Positions 8,921 to 17,404 are shown, numbered from the stretch's first letter. The stretch: 36,726 nucleotides of DNA from Thermoplasmata archaeon (GCA_007129655.1 SKVC01000091.1:1-36726); one strand, 5' to 3'. A program made the numbers and translations. Notes: generated by a model from the letters alone, not told the origin.

Positions 8921-8944
8921 TATTTAAGCTTTTCGTAAAGCTTA
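8921..8944 (-). promoter_or_regulatory. BRE-TATA promoter of gar1-tfb overlapped by a perfect 8-4-8 palindrome
   Basis: Minus strand reads cgaaaagcTTAAATA. Palindrome TAAGCTTT-tcgt-AAAGCTTA at 8925-8944. Confidence 0.5.
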
Positions 8945-8978
8945 TTATTTAAAACTCGGGTCTGTTAAATAAACCTTA

Positions 8979-9869
8979 CTATAAGACGTAAGAGATTGGA
9001 TTTCCTATCAAAAAGGATATGACATAACCGATGCAAATGGGTACGATAAATGGAATCTTTGGGGTTACCCAGACGCGTTTTAGTCCTCTTTTTCGCAGTG
9101 TCTCTATGACCTCGTCCATGTCTCCTCGCGGGAAGAGTTTTATAGTTCTCTCTCCGTCCTCATTATAACGTTCCATAGGCCAAACGAAGGAATCCGAGAC
9201 ATTTTCAATATCCATTCTATATCCAAAAAGCATCTGTGGAAATCCAAAATCCTTATTCTTAAGGTTTATAAACAGATAAACAGGGAGTATAAACAATACG
9301 ATAATAGATGCGTTTAAAAGCACTATAAGGGTGAAGGGAAACATGATCTGCATGAAAGGTATCTGTTGAGAAACGAGTCCGGTATGAGTGAACCCGGGTA
9401 TATGTGGATAAAAGGGAACGAGAATAGCTAAGACCAATACGGCTTTAGCATCTGCACCGCCGTATAGTATTGCAAAGTAATAAAGGATGAATACTATGAT
9501 CATCATTATAGGGATCGCTAAAAGAGACCAAAAAAAGATGTCGTCACTGATTGAGAATATTTGATAGGTTACGGTGATAACAGGTATGAAAAACCATGTT
9601 AGAACTCCAAAATTGATTCCCTTGTCGGTGAATAATGCGGGAACCTCGTAAAAAGCTTCGGATAAAAGTACGATTATAGGTATGAATATCAGATAATATC
9701 TCCAGCCGACTTCTTTATTAAAAAGTTGAATCGATAGTAAAGCGAGGGCAACAACGGCCATGACTATCCATAACTTGTCCGTCACCCGTCTCGTTTTTAT
9801 ATCCATTAAAGCTGCTACCGAAAGGAAGGAAAGACCGACGATGAACCGGACTATTGATAGATACGTCAT
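8979..9869 (-). CDS. flaK: Prepilin/preflagellin (archaellin) peptidase, A24 family (FlaK/PibD-like)
   Basis: Catalytic Asp motifs AALMDIKTRRV and YGGADAK, many TM helices, archaeal C-terminal VWVTPKIPFIVPI motif. Confidence 0.85.
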   Translation of the reverse strand: MTYLSIVRFIVGLSFLSVAALMDIKTRRVTDKLWIVMAVVALALLSIQLFNKEVGWRYYLIFIPIIVLLSEAFYEVPALFTDKGINFGVLTWFFIPVITVTYQIFSISDDIFFWSLLAIPIMMIIVFILYYFAILYGGADAKAVLVLAILVPFYPHIPGFTHTGLVSQQIPFMQIMFPFTLIVLLNASIIVLFILPVYLFINLKNKDFGFPQMLFGYRMDIENVSDSFVWPMERYNEDGERTIKLFPRGDMDEVIETLRKRGLKRVWVTPKIPFIVPICIGYVISFLIGNPISYVL

Positions 9870-9882
9870 ATTCTTAAACCTG

Positions 9883-10701
9883 TTATATTATATTCATAGA
9901 AACGTCTGCAGATTTAACCGAATGGGTTATAGCTCCACTTGAGACAACATCCGCAAAGGGTGCATAATCTGCTATATTATCGATGTTGATGTTTCCTGAG
10001 ATTTCGACTATTATGCCGGGATCGATGTCTTTAATTTGTTTATATGCGATCTCAACTTCTTGGATTGACATATTGTCGAGCATTATTATATCAACATCTA
10101 AGTTGGCAGCCTCGGATACGCGGCTAGGAGAGCTAACTTCGACTTCGATCTTTTTGTATATCGAACCCTTTTTCGCTAAACGAACAGCTTTTTCCAGACC
10201 GCCGGCTGACTTTATGTGATTATCTTTGATAAGGATCATATCGTCCAATCTATATCTGTGCGGATCTCCTCCACCGTGGACCACAGCTTTTTTTTCGAAA
10301 TATCGAAATCCGGGGGTCGTCTTTCTTGTTGCCGCTACCTTCGTATCTCCTGCCAGCTTAACCATTTTACTTACTTTCGTCGCTATTCCGGACATACGCA
10401 TCAATATGTTTAGTGCTAACCGTTCTGCTGAAAGGACATTTGATGACACACCCTGGATATTCATGAGTATGTCGCCTTTTTTCACCGAATCGCCGGATGA
10501 AAGTGAAGATGTCCATTTAGCTCCTAGTTCTTCGAACACTATCCCCGCTTCCCTCAGACCGCTCAAAACAAAATCCTCTTTTGCTATTATGTGGCAATCG
10601 ATTTCTTCATCGCCACATATGAGATCGGAAGTTATGTCGCCGTAACCGACATCCTCCCTGAGAAATCTTTGAATTTCATTTCGAACGAAGTGATCTTCCA
10701 T
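9883..10701 (-). CDS. nadC: Nicotinate-nucleotide diphosphorylase (quinolinate phosphoribosyltransferase)
   Basis: EDVGYGDITS, AERLALN, RMSGIAT, TRKTTPGFRYFEK.AV..GGG..HR..L.D.ILIKDNH, IEVEV, IIMLDNM. Confidence 0.95.
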   Translation of the reverse strand: MEDHFVRNEIQRFLREDVGYGDITSDLICGDEEIDCHIIAKEDFVLSGLREAGIVFEELGAKWTSSLSSGDSVKKGDILMNIQGVSSNVLSAERLALNILMRMSGIATKVSKMVKLAGDTKVAATRKTTPGFRYFEKKAVVHGGGDPHRYRLDDMILIKDNHIKSAGGLEKAVRLAKKGSIYKKIEVEVSSPSRVSEAANLDVDIIMLDNMSIQEVEIAYKQIKDIDPGIIVEISGNINIDNIADYAPFADVVSSGAITHSVKSADVSMNII

Positions 10702-10707
10702 CTGTCA

Positions 10708-11931
10708 TCACAACTCCAATACCTCGCCTTCCTTCGGGATATGTACATTAAATTCAGACAGATCTTCAGCCACTAATTCTCGGGCATCACCGTGCATGAG
10801 AACGATCTCTTCCGGATCGCAACCTCGAGCAAATTCCAGGAGTTCCGAATGTCCTGCATGTGCAGAGAAGTCATAGCGCTTCACTTGGCAATCTATTGGG
10901 ATTGTTGCGCCTCTGTCCTGTATAACTCCTTTTTCCAGCAACATATTTCCATTGGTTCCTGGTACCTGGTAGCCCGTGAGCAATATGGAGGTGTTTTTGT
11001 CTTTCCTTTTGTTCAATATATAATTCATAACGGGACCTCCGGACACCATACCACTTGTAGAAACTATAACTTCGGCATCCATCGCCTTTTTTCTCATCCG
11101 GTGAGAATGAACTTGGTTGGCGTTATTTACAGCACGACGAAGAGCGTCCGGCGATCTTAAAAAGCCTTCGTGATTGAGATATATCCTATTCACCGTACGG
11201 CCCATACCATCATACCATATATCGTAGTCTCCTTCATCGAGCAGCATCAGTATCTCCTGCGTACGTCCGACGGCGAACACAGGTATAATTGCTTGACCGC
11301 CTTTACTCAATGTATCGTCGACGGTGTCGAGAAGATCCTGTTCGGTTTCTGATCTATCGGGATGATCTTCGCCGCCGTAGGTGGTTTCCATTATCAATGT
11401 GTCGCATTTAACCGGATGGGCACCCCATTGAAGCCTTGTGTTTTTAGTATTTATATCTCCAGAGAACAGAGTGGTTTTTTCTCCTCTTAACTCAAACATT
11501 GCGGAACCGGGTATGTGACCCGCTGAATGGATCTCTATCTCCATACCGCCGATATCTCTTTTTGAATTGTAGCCCACCATGTCGAAGGCTGATTTGGTCT
11601 TTTTGATGTCAGACTTGTCGAAAAATAAAGGATATCCTTCGATTTCAGCGATCTTAAGACTGTCGTATAACAATAGTTCTGTTACTTCTATTGTGGGATG
11701 TGTCGATAAAATCGGGACTCCATAGGTTCTTACCAGAGTAGGAAGCATACCGCAATGGTCTAGATGCGAATGAGACAACATAGCAAAATCCACCATCGGC
11801 GGTCTCATGGGATATTCCGGTGGATCTGCAGGAAGCATACCATGATCAAAAATGAATGTCGTGCCTTTGTGTTCCATAAGCATGGAGAGAGGGCCAACTT
11901 CGCTAACTCCTCCAAGGAATGTTAATTTCAT
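10708..11931 (-). CDS. Metallo-beta-lactamase / beta-CASP ribonuclease (aCPSF2-like, no KH domains)
   Basis: HSHLDHCG, AGHIPGSA, FSGD, METTYG, FAVGRTQE, TGYQVPGT, FSAHAG, MHG. SD AGGTGA upstream. Confidence 0.88.
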   Translation of the reverse strand: MKLTFLGGVSEVGPLSMLMEHKGTTFIFDHGMLPADPPEYPMRPPMVDFAMLSHSHLDHCGMLPTLVRTYGVPILSTHPTIEVTELLLYDSLKIAEIEGYPLFFDKSDIKKTKSAFDMVGYNSKRDIGGMEIEIHSAGHIPGSAMFELRGEKTTLFSGDINTKNTRLQWGAHPVKCDTLIMETTYGGEDHPDRSETEQDLLDTVDDTLSKGGQAIIPVFAVGRTQEILMLLDEGDYDIWYDGMGRTVNRIYLNHEGFLRSPDALRRAVNNANQVHSHRMRKKAMDAEVIVSTSGMVSGGPVMNYILNKRKDKNTSILLTGYQVPGTNGNMLLEKGVIQDRGATIPIDCQVKRYDFSAHAGHSELLEFARGCDPEEIVLMHGDARELVAEDLSEFNVHIPKEGEVLEL

Positions 11932-12028
11932 ATTATTTCATCACCTTTTTCTTCTATCATTACTTACTTCAAATAGAGGTCATATATATTATGTTTGTCT
12001 TTTTCAACACGAAATTTGGCAGATGTTT

Positions 12029-12100
12029 CGAAAACTTATAAATACATCCCAACCAATTGTGTCGCAAAATATCTACTATCAGTCAAGTACAGATAGGAGG
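12029..12100 (+). promoter_or_regulatory. BRE-TATA promoter and Shine-Dalgarno of the solute-binding protein gene
   Basis: cgaaaacTTATAAATA at 12029-12044; AGGAGG at 12095-12100, 7 nt before ATG 12108. Confidence 0.6.
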
Positions 12101-12107
12101 ATTACAA

Positions 12108-14783
12108 ATGAAAAAAAATTGTGTTTCGATTTCGGTCGGTCTTAGAAAAACTATGATGGTTCTTTTGGCTGTTATGTTATTGACTATGAGTTGGGTCAGT
12201 TTCATCCCAGAAGCCACAACTGCGGCAAATGAAGAAATGTACGGAGGAACTCTTCGTGTTGCGATAATGGATGAGCCATCAGAAGAAATACACCCACTAA
12301 CTACTCATGAAACAGGGAATCTCGATATAATTGATTTGATGTACGATTCTCTTGCCATAAGAGACGTAGAAACAGGAATTATGATTCCATGGCTTTCAGA
12401 GAGTTGGACAACGGGAGATGACAATGTAACCGTCACACTAAGAGATAATATCGAGTTCTGGGACGGTTCGATGATGACATCAGAGGATATTAAATATTCT
12501 TATGATAATTACGCGGGGCCCCTTATGGTTCCGGTAAGCAGTGTAACCGCTGTGGATAGTCATACTATTACCTTTGAGTTGTCAACCTTGAATCCTTCTT
12601 TCTTTATAACAGAAGGTATGACAGTACCCATTGTTAAAGAAGGAACGGATGATATGGGATCCGGCCCATTCATGGATTTGACGAGACGGGAAGAGATCGG
12701 TAATGAAGTCAGCAATGAATTCTTGAGAGATCCACAGTTGGATACTGCAGAGAATTCTTTTTTAAACCTGGTCTTTGATAATGTTTACGACGTTGAATTA
12801 TACGGTAAATTGATTGACGATGATAGCAACGAAACTCACGAAAGAGAATTGATCGACAGTTCCGAATACAATCTAAACGAAGAAATTGGCCGTATATACA
12901 ATATAGATTTACCGGAAGATACAGAGATAACTGCAGATTACAAATACGATGCAACGTTTTATGATCTCGAAACTAACGAAAATTACTTCATGGAAAGACC
13001 ATACATAGATGGAATATCCTTCCAAGTTTTTAATACAATAGCTGCACCCAAGGGTGTCAACCAGGATAGGATACCACTAGGTCCAAGCCAAAGTGATGCA
13101 ACATACATGGCTGGTGCAGTAAATCAGCTTGGAAACAACAACATAGATATGATCAAGCCCTTTTATCCACGTATCTATATTCGGTTCGTTAACGTAGCTG
13201 AATCGGCAATCGTTTCCGTACCGAGCAATGAATTTGTTTACGCTGCATATAATGCACAAAGCGCCCCGTTCAACGTTGGTGAAAATGATATCACATTTGA
13301 ACGTGCAGAGGCTGCTCGTAATGCGATTAACCTTCTTTTTGGAAGAGACACCGTGGTAAATGATATCTTGGGCGGCGCGGGCCACAAAGGAATAACCATA
13401 GTTTCGCCTGCGAATGAGTACTGGTTCAACCCGGACACAGCTGCAGTAAAGCAGGACTTTAGGGAGGCGAACGATCTACTTGACGATGCTGCCTTCTTTG
13501 ATTATGATGCCAACGGATTTAGAGATCTTCCGAATGAAGAGTCATTTTCATTGGGAGTTAATTATCCTAGCAGCTTAGAAGATGAAAACCCCGGCAGCAT
13601 CGGTAGCGGTTTAGCCGGCGGCGGCGGATTGGGATCTATTTGGATAGATGCAATCGATAATTCCATGAGCCTAGCCGGTGTTGAGGCGGCTAAAGAAAGC
13701 GGCGATTTCGACATAACTATTGGAAGATACCACGCAGCCTTCGACCCGGGGAAAGATCTTTACGCTCTTTTCCACTCCGAAAGCGATGAAAACTTCATGG
13801 GTTTAAACGATCCCGAACTAGATGCTGCGATCGAAGAAGTAAACAGCATACTAGATCAAGGAGAACGGCAAGAAGCTATGCATGAAATACAGGAATTGCT
13901 TATCAAAAAGATGCCGATCTCTGTAATATATACGCCATCACTCAGCCAGGTCTATAGACAGGATCTTTATACCGGATGGATAAATGGATTCGATATCGGC
14001 GTCCACAACAAACAGAATTACTTGTCTTTACACAGGATGACAGAAGATTCTTTAAACGTAAGAATCACAATGATGATGAGTCTTTCGAGCGGAGCCGACA
14101 CCACAATAACCGTTGTAGCTGAAGATGCAAACGGCAACCCAATACCCGAGGCAAACGTAGAGCTAGAAGTTGAACTAGGAGAACTGGAAGCAAGAAGCGA
14201 ATTAACTGATAGCGGCGGTACGCTGGTATACGACTATACTGCTCCAACGGTAACAGGCATGACCGATGTATTGATATCCGCAAGTGTGATCAAAGGTACG
14301 GATTTAGGCTACACATCATACGTAGCTACCATACACCCTGTTGAAACTGTATTCACTTTAGGAGTTAACATAGATACAACACAGATGGATTCAGGCGAAA
14401 GTGCGGAAATTACCGTAGAGATATATGGACAGATGGACACATACCCTGAGATAACTCTGAGCATACTTCCATCGGGCGGGGCATGGTTAGAAAAAACCAA
14501 CAATGTCGGAGAAACAGGTCAAAAGTTCACTACAACACTACATACCGATGGTGTGTTGACTGAAACGACCTATAGGATAACAGCTACTGCAACCTATGGA
14601 CAAATCACACAGACAGGCGAAGGAAGCATTCGTGTCAACGCGAATCCGGTGGAGGAATCTGAAACAACTCCGATGTGGCTCTACGTCGGGATCGGATTAG
14701 CAGGTATAATCATACTGATGATTCTGATCCTAGCGATGATCAAAAAGAGAGAACATGAAGAAGAAACCTTCGAAGATGATTAA
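12108..14783 (+). CDS. Family-5 (peptide/nickel, DppA/OppA-like) ABC solute-binding protein with C-terminal Ig/invasin-like modules and TM anchor; probably truncated by a premature TAA
   Basis: Signal peptide; YGGTLRVA, MYDSL, PWLSESW, LRDNIEFWDG..MTSEDIKYSY, GSGPF, RPYID, DYDANGFRD. Ig-like 'ITVVAEDANGNPIPEANV...TDSGG...YTAP'. TM at ~14673-14741 followed by KKR. Very acidic. Confidence 0.88.
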   Translation: MKKNCVSISVGLRKTMMVLLAVMLLTMSWVSFIPEATTAANEEMYGGTLRVAIMDEPSEEIHPLTTHETGNLDIIDLMYDSLAIRDVETGIMIPWLSESWTTGDDNVTVTLRDNIEFWDGSMMTSEDIKYSYDNYAGPLMVPVSSVTAVDSHTITFELSTLNPSFFITEGMTVPIVKEGTDDMGSGPFMDLTRREEIGNEVSNEFLRDPQLDTAENSFLNLVFDNVYDVELYGKLIDDDSNETHERELIDSSEYNLNEEIGRIYNIDLPEDTEITADYKYDATFYDLETNENYFMERPYIDGISFQVFNTIAAPKGVNQDRIPLGPSQSDATYMAGAVNQLGNNNIDMIKPFYPRIYIRFVNVAESAIVSVPSNEFVYAAYNAQSAPFNVGENDITFERAEAARNAINLLFGRDTVVNDILGGAGHKGITIVSPANEYWFNPDTAAVKQDFREANDLLDDAAFFDYDANGFRDLPNEESFSLGVNYPSSLEDENPGSIGSGLAGGGGLGSIWIDAIDNSMSLAGVEAAKESGDFDITIGRYHAAFDPGKDLYALFHSESDENFMGLNDPELDAAIEEVNSILDQGERQEAMHEIQELLIKKMPISVIYTPSLSQVYRQDLYTGWINGFDIGVHNKQNYLSLHRMTEDSLNVRITMMMSLSSGADTTITVVAEDANGNPIPEANVELEVELGELEARSELTDSGGTLVYDYTAPTVTGMTDVLISASVIKGTDLGYTSYVATIHPVETVFTLGVNIDTTQMDSGESAEITVEIYGQMDTYPEITLSILPSGGAWLEKTNNVGETGQKFTTTLHTDGVLTETTYRITATATYGQITQTGEGSIRVNANPVEESETTPMWLYVGIGLAGIIILMILILAMIKKREHEEETFEDD

Positions 14784-15095
14784 TTCGAATTGATAGAGGA
14801 GCCTGTTGAAGAAGACTTTGAAGACGGAGATATCTTTGAAGAAGAGGAGGACTTTGAAGACGAAGATATCTTTGAAGAAGAAGAGGATCTCGAAGACGAA
14901 GATATCTTTGAAGAAGAGGAGGATCTCGAAGATGAAGATATCTTTGAAGAAGAGGAAGAACCTCTAATTGAACAGGAGCCGGAATTATCACAAGAGCAAC
15001 AGGAAAAACTCGATAAGCTAGAGAAAGCACATGACGAAGGCAATATGCCTACGGAGATCTACGAGAAAAACAAGCAAAAGATTCTTGAAAACTAA
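14784..15095 (+). other. In-frame continuation of the solute-binding protein beyond TAA 14781-14783: D/E-rich repeat tail plus SHOCT-like C-terminal motif
   Basis: 14790-12057 = 2733, a multiple of 3, so same frame. Acidic sequence runs through the stop (EEETFEDD*FELIEE). Ends EKLDKLEKAHDEGNMPTEIYEKNKQKILEN. No convincing SD before TTG 14790. Confidence 0.7.
14811..14954 (+). repeat. Coding tandem repeat, 4 x 36 bp (ED[F/L]ED[G/E]DIFEEE)
   Basis: Four adjacent near-identical units, consensus gaggay(ttt/ctc)gaagacgaagatatctttgaagaagag, with no spacers. Confidence 0.92.
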
Positions 15096-15099
15096 AACA

Positions 15100-15126
15100 A
15101 ACCCCTTCCCCTTACTTATCTTTTTT
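15100..15126 (+). terminator. Oligo-pyrimidine / oligo-T terminator
   Basis: ccccttccccttacttatctttttt directly after stop 15095, not after stop 14783, in a convergent spacer. Confidence 0.5.
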
Positions 15127-15964
15127 ATATCGTATCGACACGGAATATTTCTTCGCCATCTTTGTATATACGTATTATACCTTCAGACGAAATAACCATC
15201 GCTATTGCCATCGTTTTTGAAGTTATGCTGGCAGCCGCCAGATGCCTACCACCGAGGCCTTCTTCCACGGTTATATCCAAGTCTTTGTTAAACATTACAT
15301 ACCTACCCGCTGCTATCGGATTGCCGTCTTCATCAAGCACCATTGCACCGTCGAGCATGGTGTATTCTTTAACTGTATTCCAATTTTTTCCTTCCCGTAT
15401 ATTTAGATTTTCAAGAGAGCATCCTTCCAAAGGGTTTCGGATCAACTCTCTGGTATGATTTATGACTTTATTCACATCACCCATTATCATAAGACCTCCC
15501 ACCGGTAATCCTTCCTTTCCCTCTTTAATTATCATCATACCTATCTTGAACACCGCATCTAATACTCTGATATCTATTCTACCTCTTAGCACTTCCTTCA
15601 AACTAGCGGCATCGATATCCTCCATATCAAACCAATGTATGGAATAAACATCACTGTATATAACGAAAAGCACCCTATCGATACCAGAAAGAAGTCCTTC
15701 GGCATAGCAGGTGAGTACAACGTCTTTGGCCTGATCAAAAATATTCAGACCTTTGGGGGCTGCATAATGGGTACGGCGGATATGCACATTGCTTTTAGAG
15801 AGAATAGAAGACATGGGAGGGTTGTTTGTTGCAATTATTAATGGTATTTGACCTATCTTTTCAGATAGTGATTCCATAACATCCTTGGAATCTGTGTAAA
15901 TCAACACCTTTGTGGGCTCGAAATCCCGCATCATATCCGTGAAAGAATCCAGCAGTTCGTTCAT
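15125..15964 (-). CDS. dacZ: Diadenylate cyclase (DisA_N/DAC domain), archaeal DacZ-like
   Basis: EGKEGLPVGGL.IMGD, LDGAMV, AAGRY, GLGGRHLAAASIT...AIAMVISS. Promoter cgaaaaggattaaat at ~15991-16005. Confidence 0.82.
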   Translation of the reverse strand: MNELLDSFTDMMRDFEPTKVLIYTDSKDVMESLSEKIGQIPLIIATNNPPMSSILSKSNVHIRRTHYAAPKGLNIFDQAKDVVLTCYAEGLLSGIDRVLFVIYSDVYSIHWFDMEDIDAASLKEVLRGRIDIRVLDAVFKIGMMIIKEGKEGLPVGGLMIMGDVNKVINHTRELIRNPLEGCSLENLNIREGKNWNTVKEYTMLDGAMVLDEDGNPIAAGRYVMFNKDLDITVEEGLGGRHLAAASITSKTMAIAMVISSEGIIRIYKDGEEIFRVDTI

Positions 15965-16010
15965 GTCTGAAACCTAAAGACAGTGAATACATTTAATCCT
16001 TTTCGTGATG

Positions 16011-16910
16011 TTATTTTATTTCATATTCCGACAAGTCGTTTGGTATGATACAATCTGGAAAAATATCTCTAGCTTCTAGCTCGAGTTCCTTGGTATTTTC
16101 GTATCTGGGACTTACATGTACGAGGAACAATTTTTTTACGGATGCTTTACGAGCTATCTCCGCAGCCTGTGTAACAGATGAATGCCCCCTTTCGAGCGCT
16201 GTTTCAGACATAGAGGCATCGAAGGTTCCTTCGTGAACTAACACATCTGCATGACGGGCTGCTTCTAGTATATCCGATGAGGGCTTAGTATCCCCGGAAT
16301 AAACCATCAATCGTCCCCTCCTGGGAGGACCTAAAATGTCGTCCGGGCCTATGGTACGTCCATCTACTTGAACCGTTTGTCCTCTCTGTATCTTGCCGAA
16401 AAGCGGTCCTTCGGGAACCCCCATCTCCAAAGCTTTGCTCTTGTCGAATCGTCCGGGTTTATCATCCTCTTTGAAGGCATATGCAAGAGAAGGTATATTA
16501 TGATTCGATGGTATCACTTGCACAGAAAATCCGTGGAATTTCAGAACGGCGCCGGGTTTAAGTTCTTGTGCCTTTACCTCGAAGTTGGGGTTGAAATATC
16601 CTAATCTTGTGAGGATATCCAACAACTGTTTAGTACCCTTAGGACCGTAGACCTCCAGGGGCTTTTCACGTTCGTTGAGCTTCATACTCTGTATAAGACC
16701 GGGTAAACCGAGGAAGTGATCTCCATGAAAATGAGTTATGAAAATTTTATTTATGTCCATAAAGGAGAGTGAAGAGCGCATCAGCTGCCTCTGTGTGCCT
16801 TCTCCACAATCGAAAAGTATGACATCACCGTTGAATTTCAGGCCGAGTGACGATACATTACGTCTGGGGGATGGATAGCTACCCCCTGTGCCCAAGAATA
16901 CAATTTTCAT
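16011..16910 (-). CDS. rnz: Ribonuclease Z (tRNA 3' endonuclease)
   Basis: FLGTGGS.PS..RN, FDCGEGTQRQ, THFHGDH, exosite GVPEGPLFGKIQRG, YSGDT, HEGTF, GHSS, HVSPRY. Confidence 0.96.
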   Translation of the reverse strand: MKIVFLGTGGSYPSPRRNVSSLGLKFNGDVILFDCGEGTQRQLMRSSLSFMDINKIFITHFHGDHFLGLPGLIQSMKLNEREKPLEVYGPKGTKQLLDILTRLGYFNPNFEVKAQELKPGAVLKFHGFSVQVIPSNHNIPSLAYAFKEDDKPGRFDKSKALEMGVPEGPLFGKIQRGQTVQVDGRTIGPDDILGPPRRGRLMVYSGDTKPSSDILEAARHADVLVHEGTFDASMSETALERGHSSVTQAAEIARKASVKKLFLVHVSPRYENTKELELEARDIFPDCIIPNDLSEYEIK

Positions 16911-17027
16911 GCTTATCGCAGTGTCTGACGGTATAAATCGTTTTGCCCATCAGTAGTTTCGATTACGCCTCTCTCCCGGCAGGAAACTTAAATATACTAG
17001 AATGCATAAGGTTAGTTAGGTGTTCCA

Positions 17028-17345
17028 CTGGCTGACGAAGTAAAGAAAGAAAAGGAAAAACAGGATTCGAAGGAAGATACGAGAGATAAACTCATATCGA
17101 GTCTTCTCGAAGGAAAGAGGATGGAGGCCTATGCCGAACATCATACGGGTAAGATGAATTACTGTTTCTTTTGTGAAAATATAAGTTACAAAAAAGTACC
17201 GGGAAAAGAAGTCGGTAATAAGTGGATCTGTATTAACTGCCTACATCAGTTGAAAGAAATTTTCGAAGGATTGGAAAGATGGGAAGAAGAGATGGCCATG
17301 GGCAGTAAGATGCAGGATCAGATAGACGAGAACCTTGGTATATAA
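17028..17345 (+). CDS. Small hypothetical zinc-finger protein (CxxC-x18-CxxC); likely CTG start at 17028 (ATG alternative 17121)
   Basis: CFFC and CINC. Frame stays open for 31 codons upstream of ATG 17121 with protein-like sequence (ADEVKKEKEK...DKLISSLLEGKR). AGGTG SD at 17018-17022; TATA ttaaatata at ~16988-16996. Confidence 0.7.
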   Translation: MADEVKKEKEKQDSKEDTRDKLISSLLEGKRMEAYAEHHTGKMNYCFFCENISYKKVPGKEVGNKWICINCLHQLKEIFEGLERWEEEMAMGSKMQDQIDENLGI

Positions 17346-17404
17346 TTTTAGTTTCACCCATCACTCTCCGAAGGATTGAAATAGCATCTAACTGTTTTGA
17401 AAAC

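Noticed and set aside
14781..14783. Possible stop-codon reassignment, selenocysteine or pyrrolysine
   Set aside because: The codon is TAA, not TGA or TAG, and TAA terminates many intact genes here (for example tfb, rnz, hef).
14811..14954. 36-bp repeats of CRISPR-like length
   Set aside because: Units are directly adjacent with no unique spacers, keep the reading frame and vary mostly at synonymous or conservative positions; no cas genes in the window.
14740..15043. Minus-strand repetitive ORFs (Ser-rich 14780-15043; 'LLQRYLRL' repeats 14740-15030)
   Set aside because: Antisense shadows of the GAA/GAT-rich acidic repeat.
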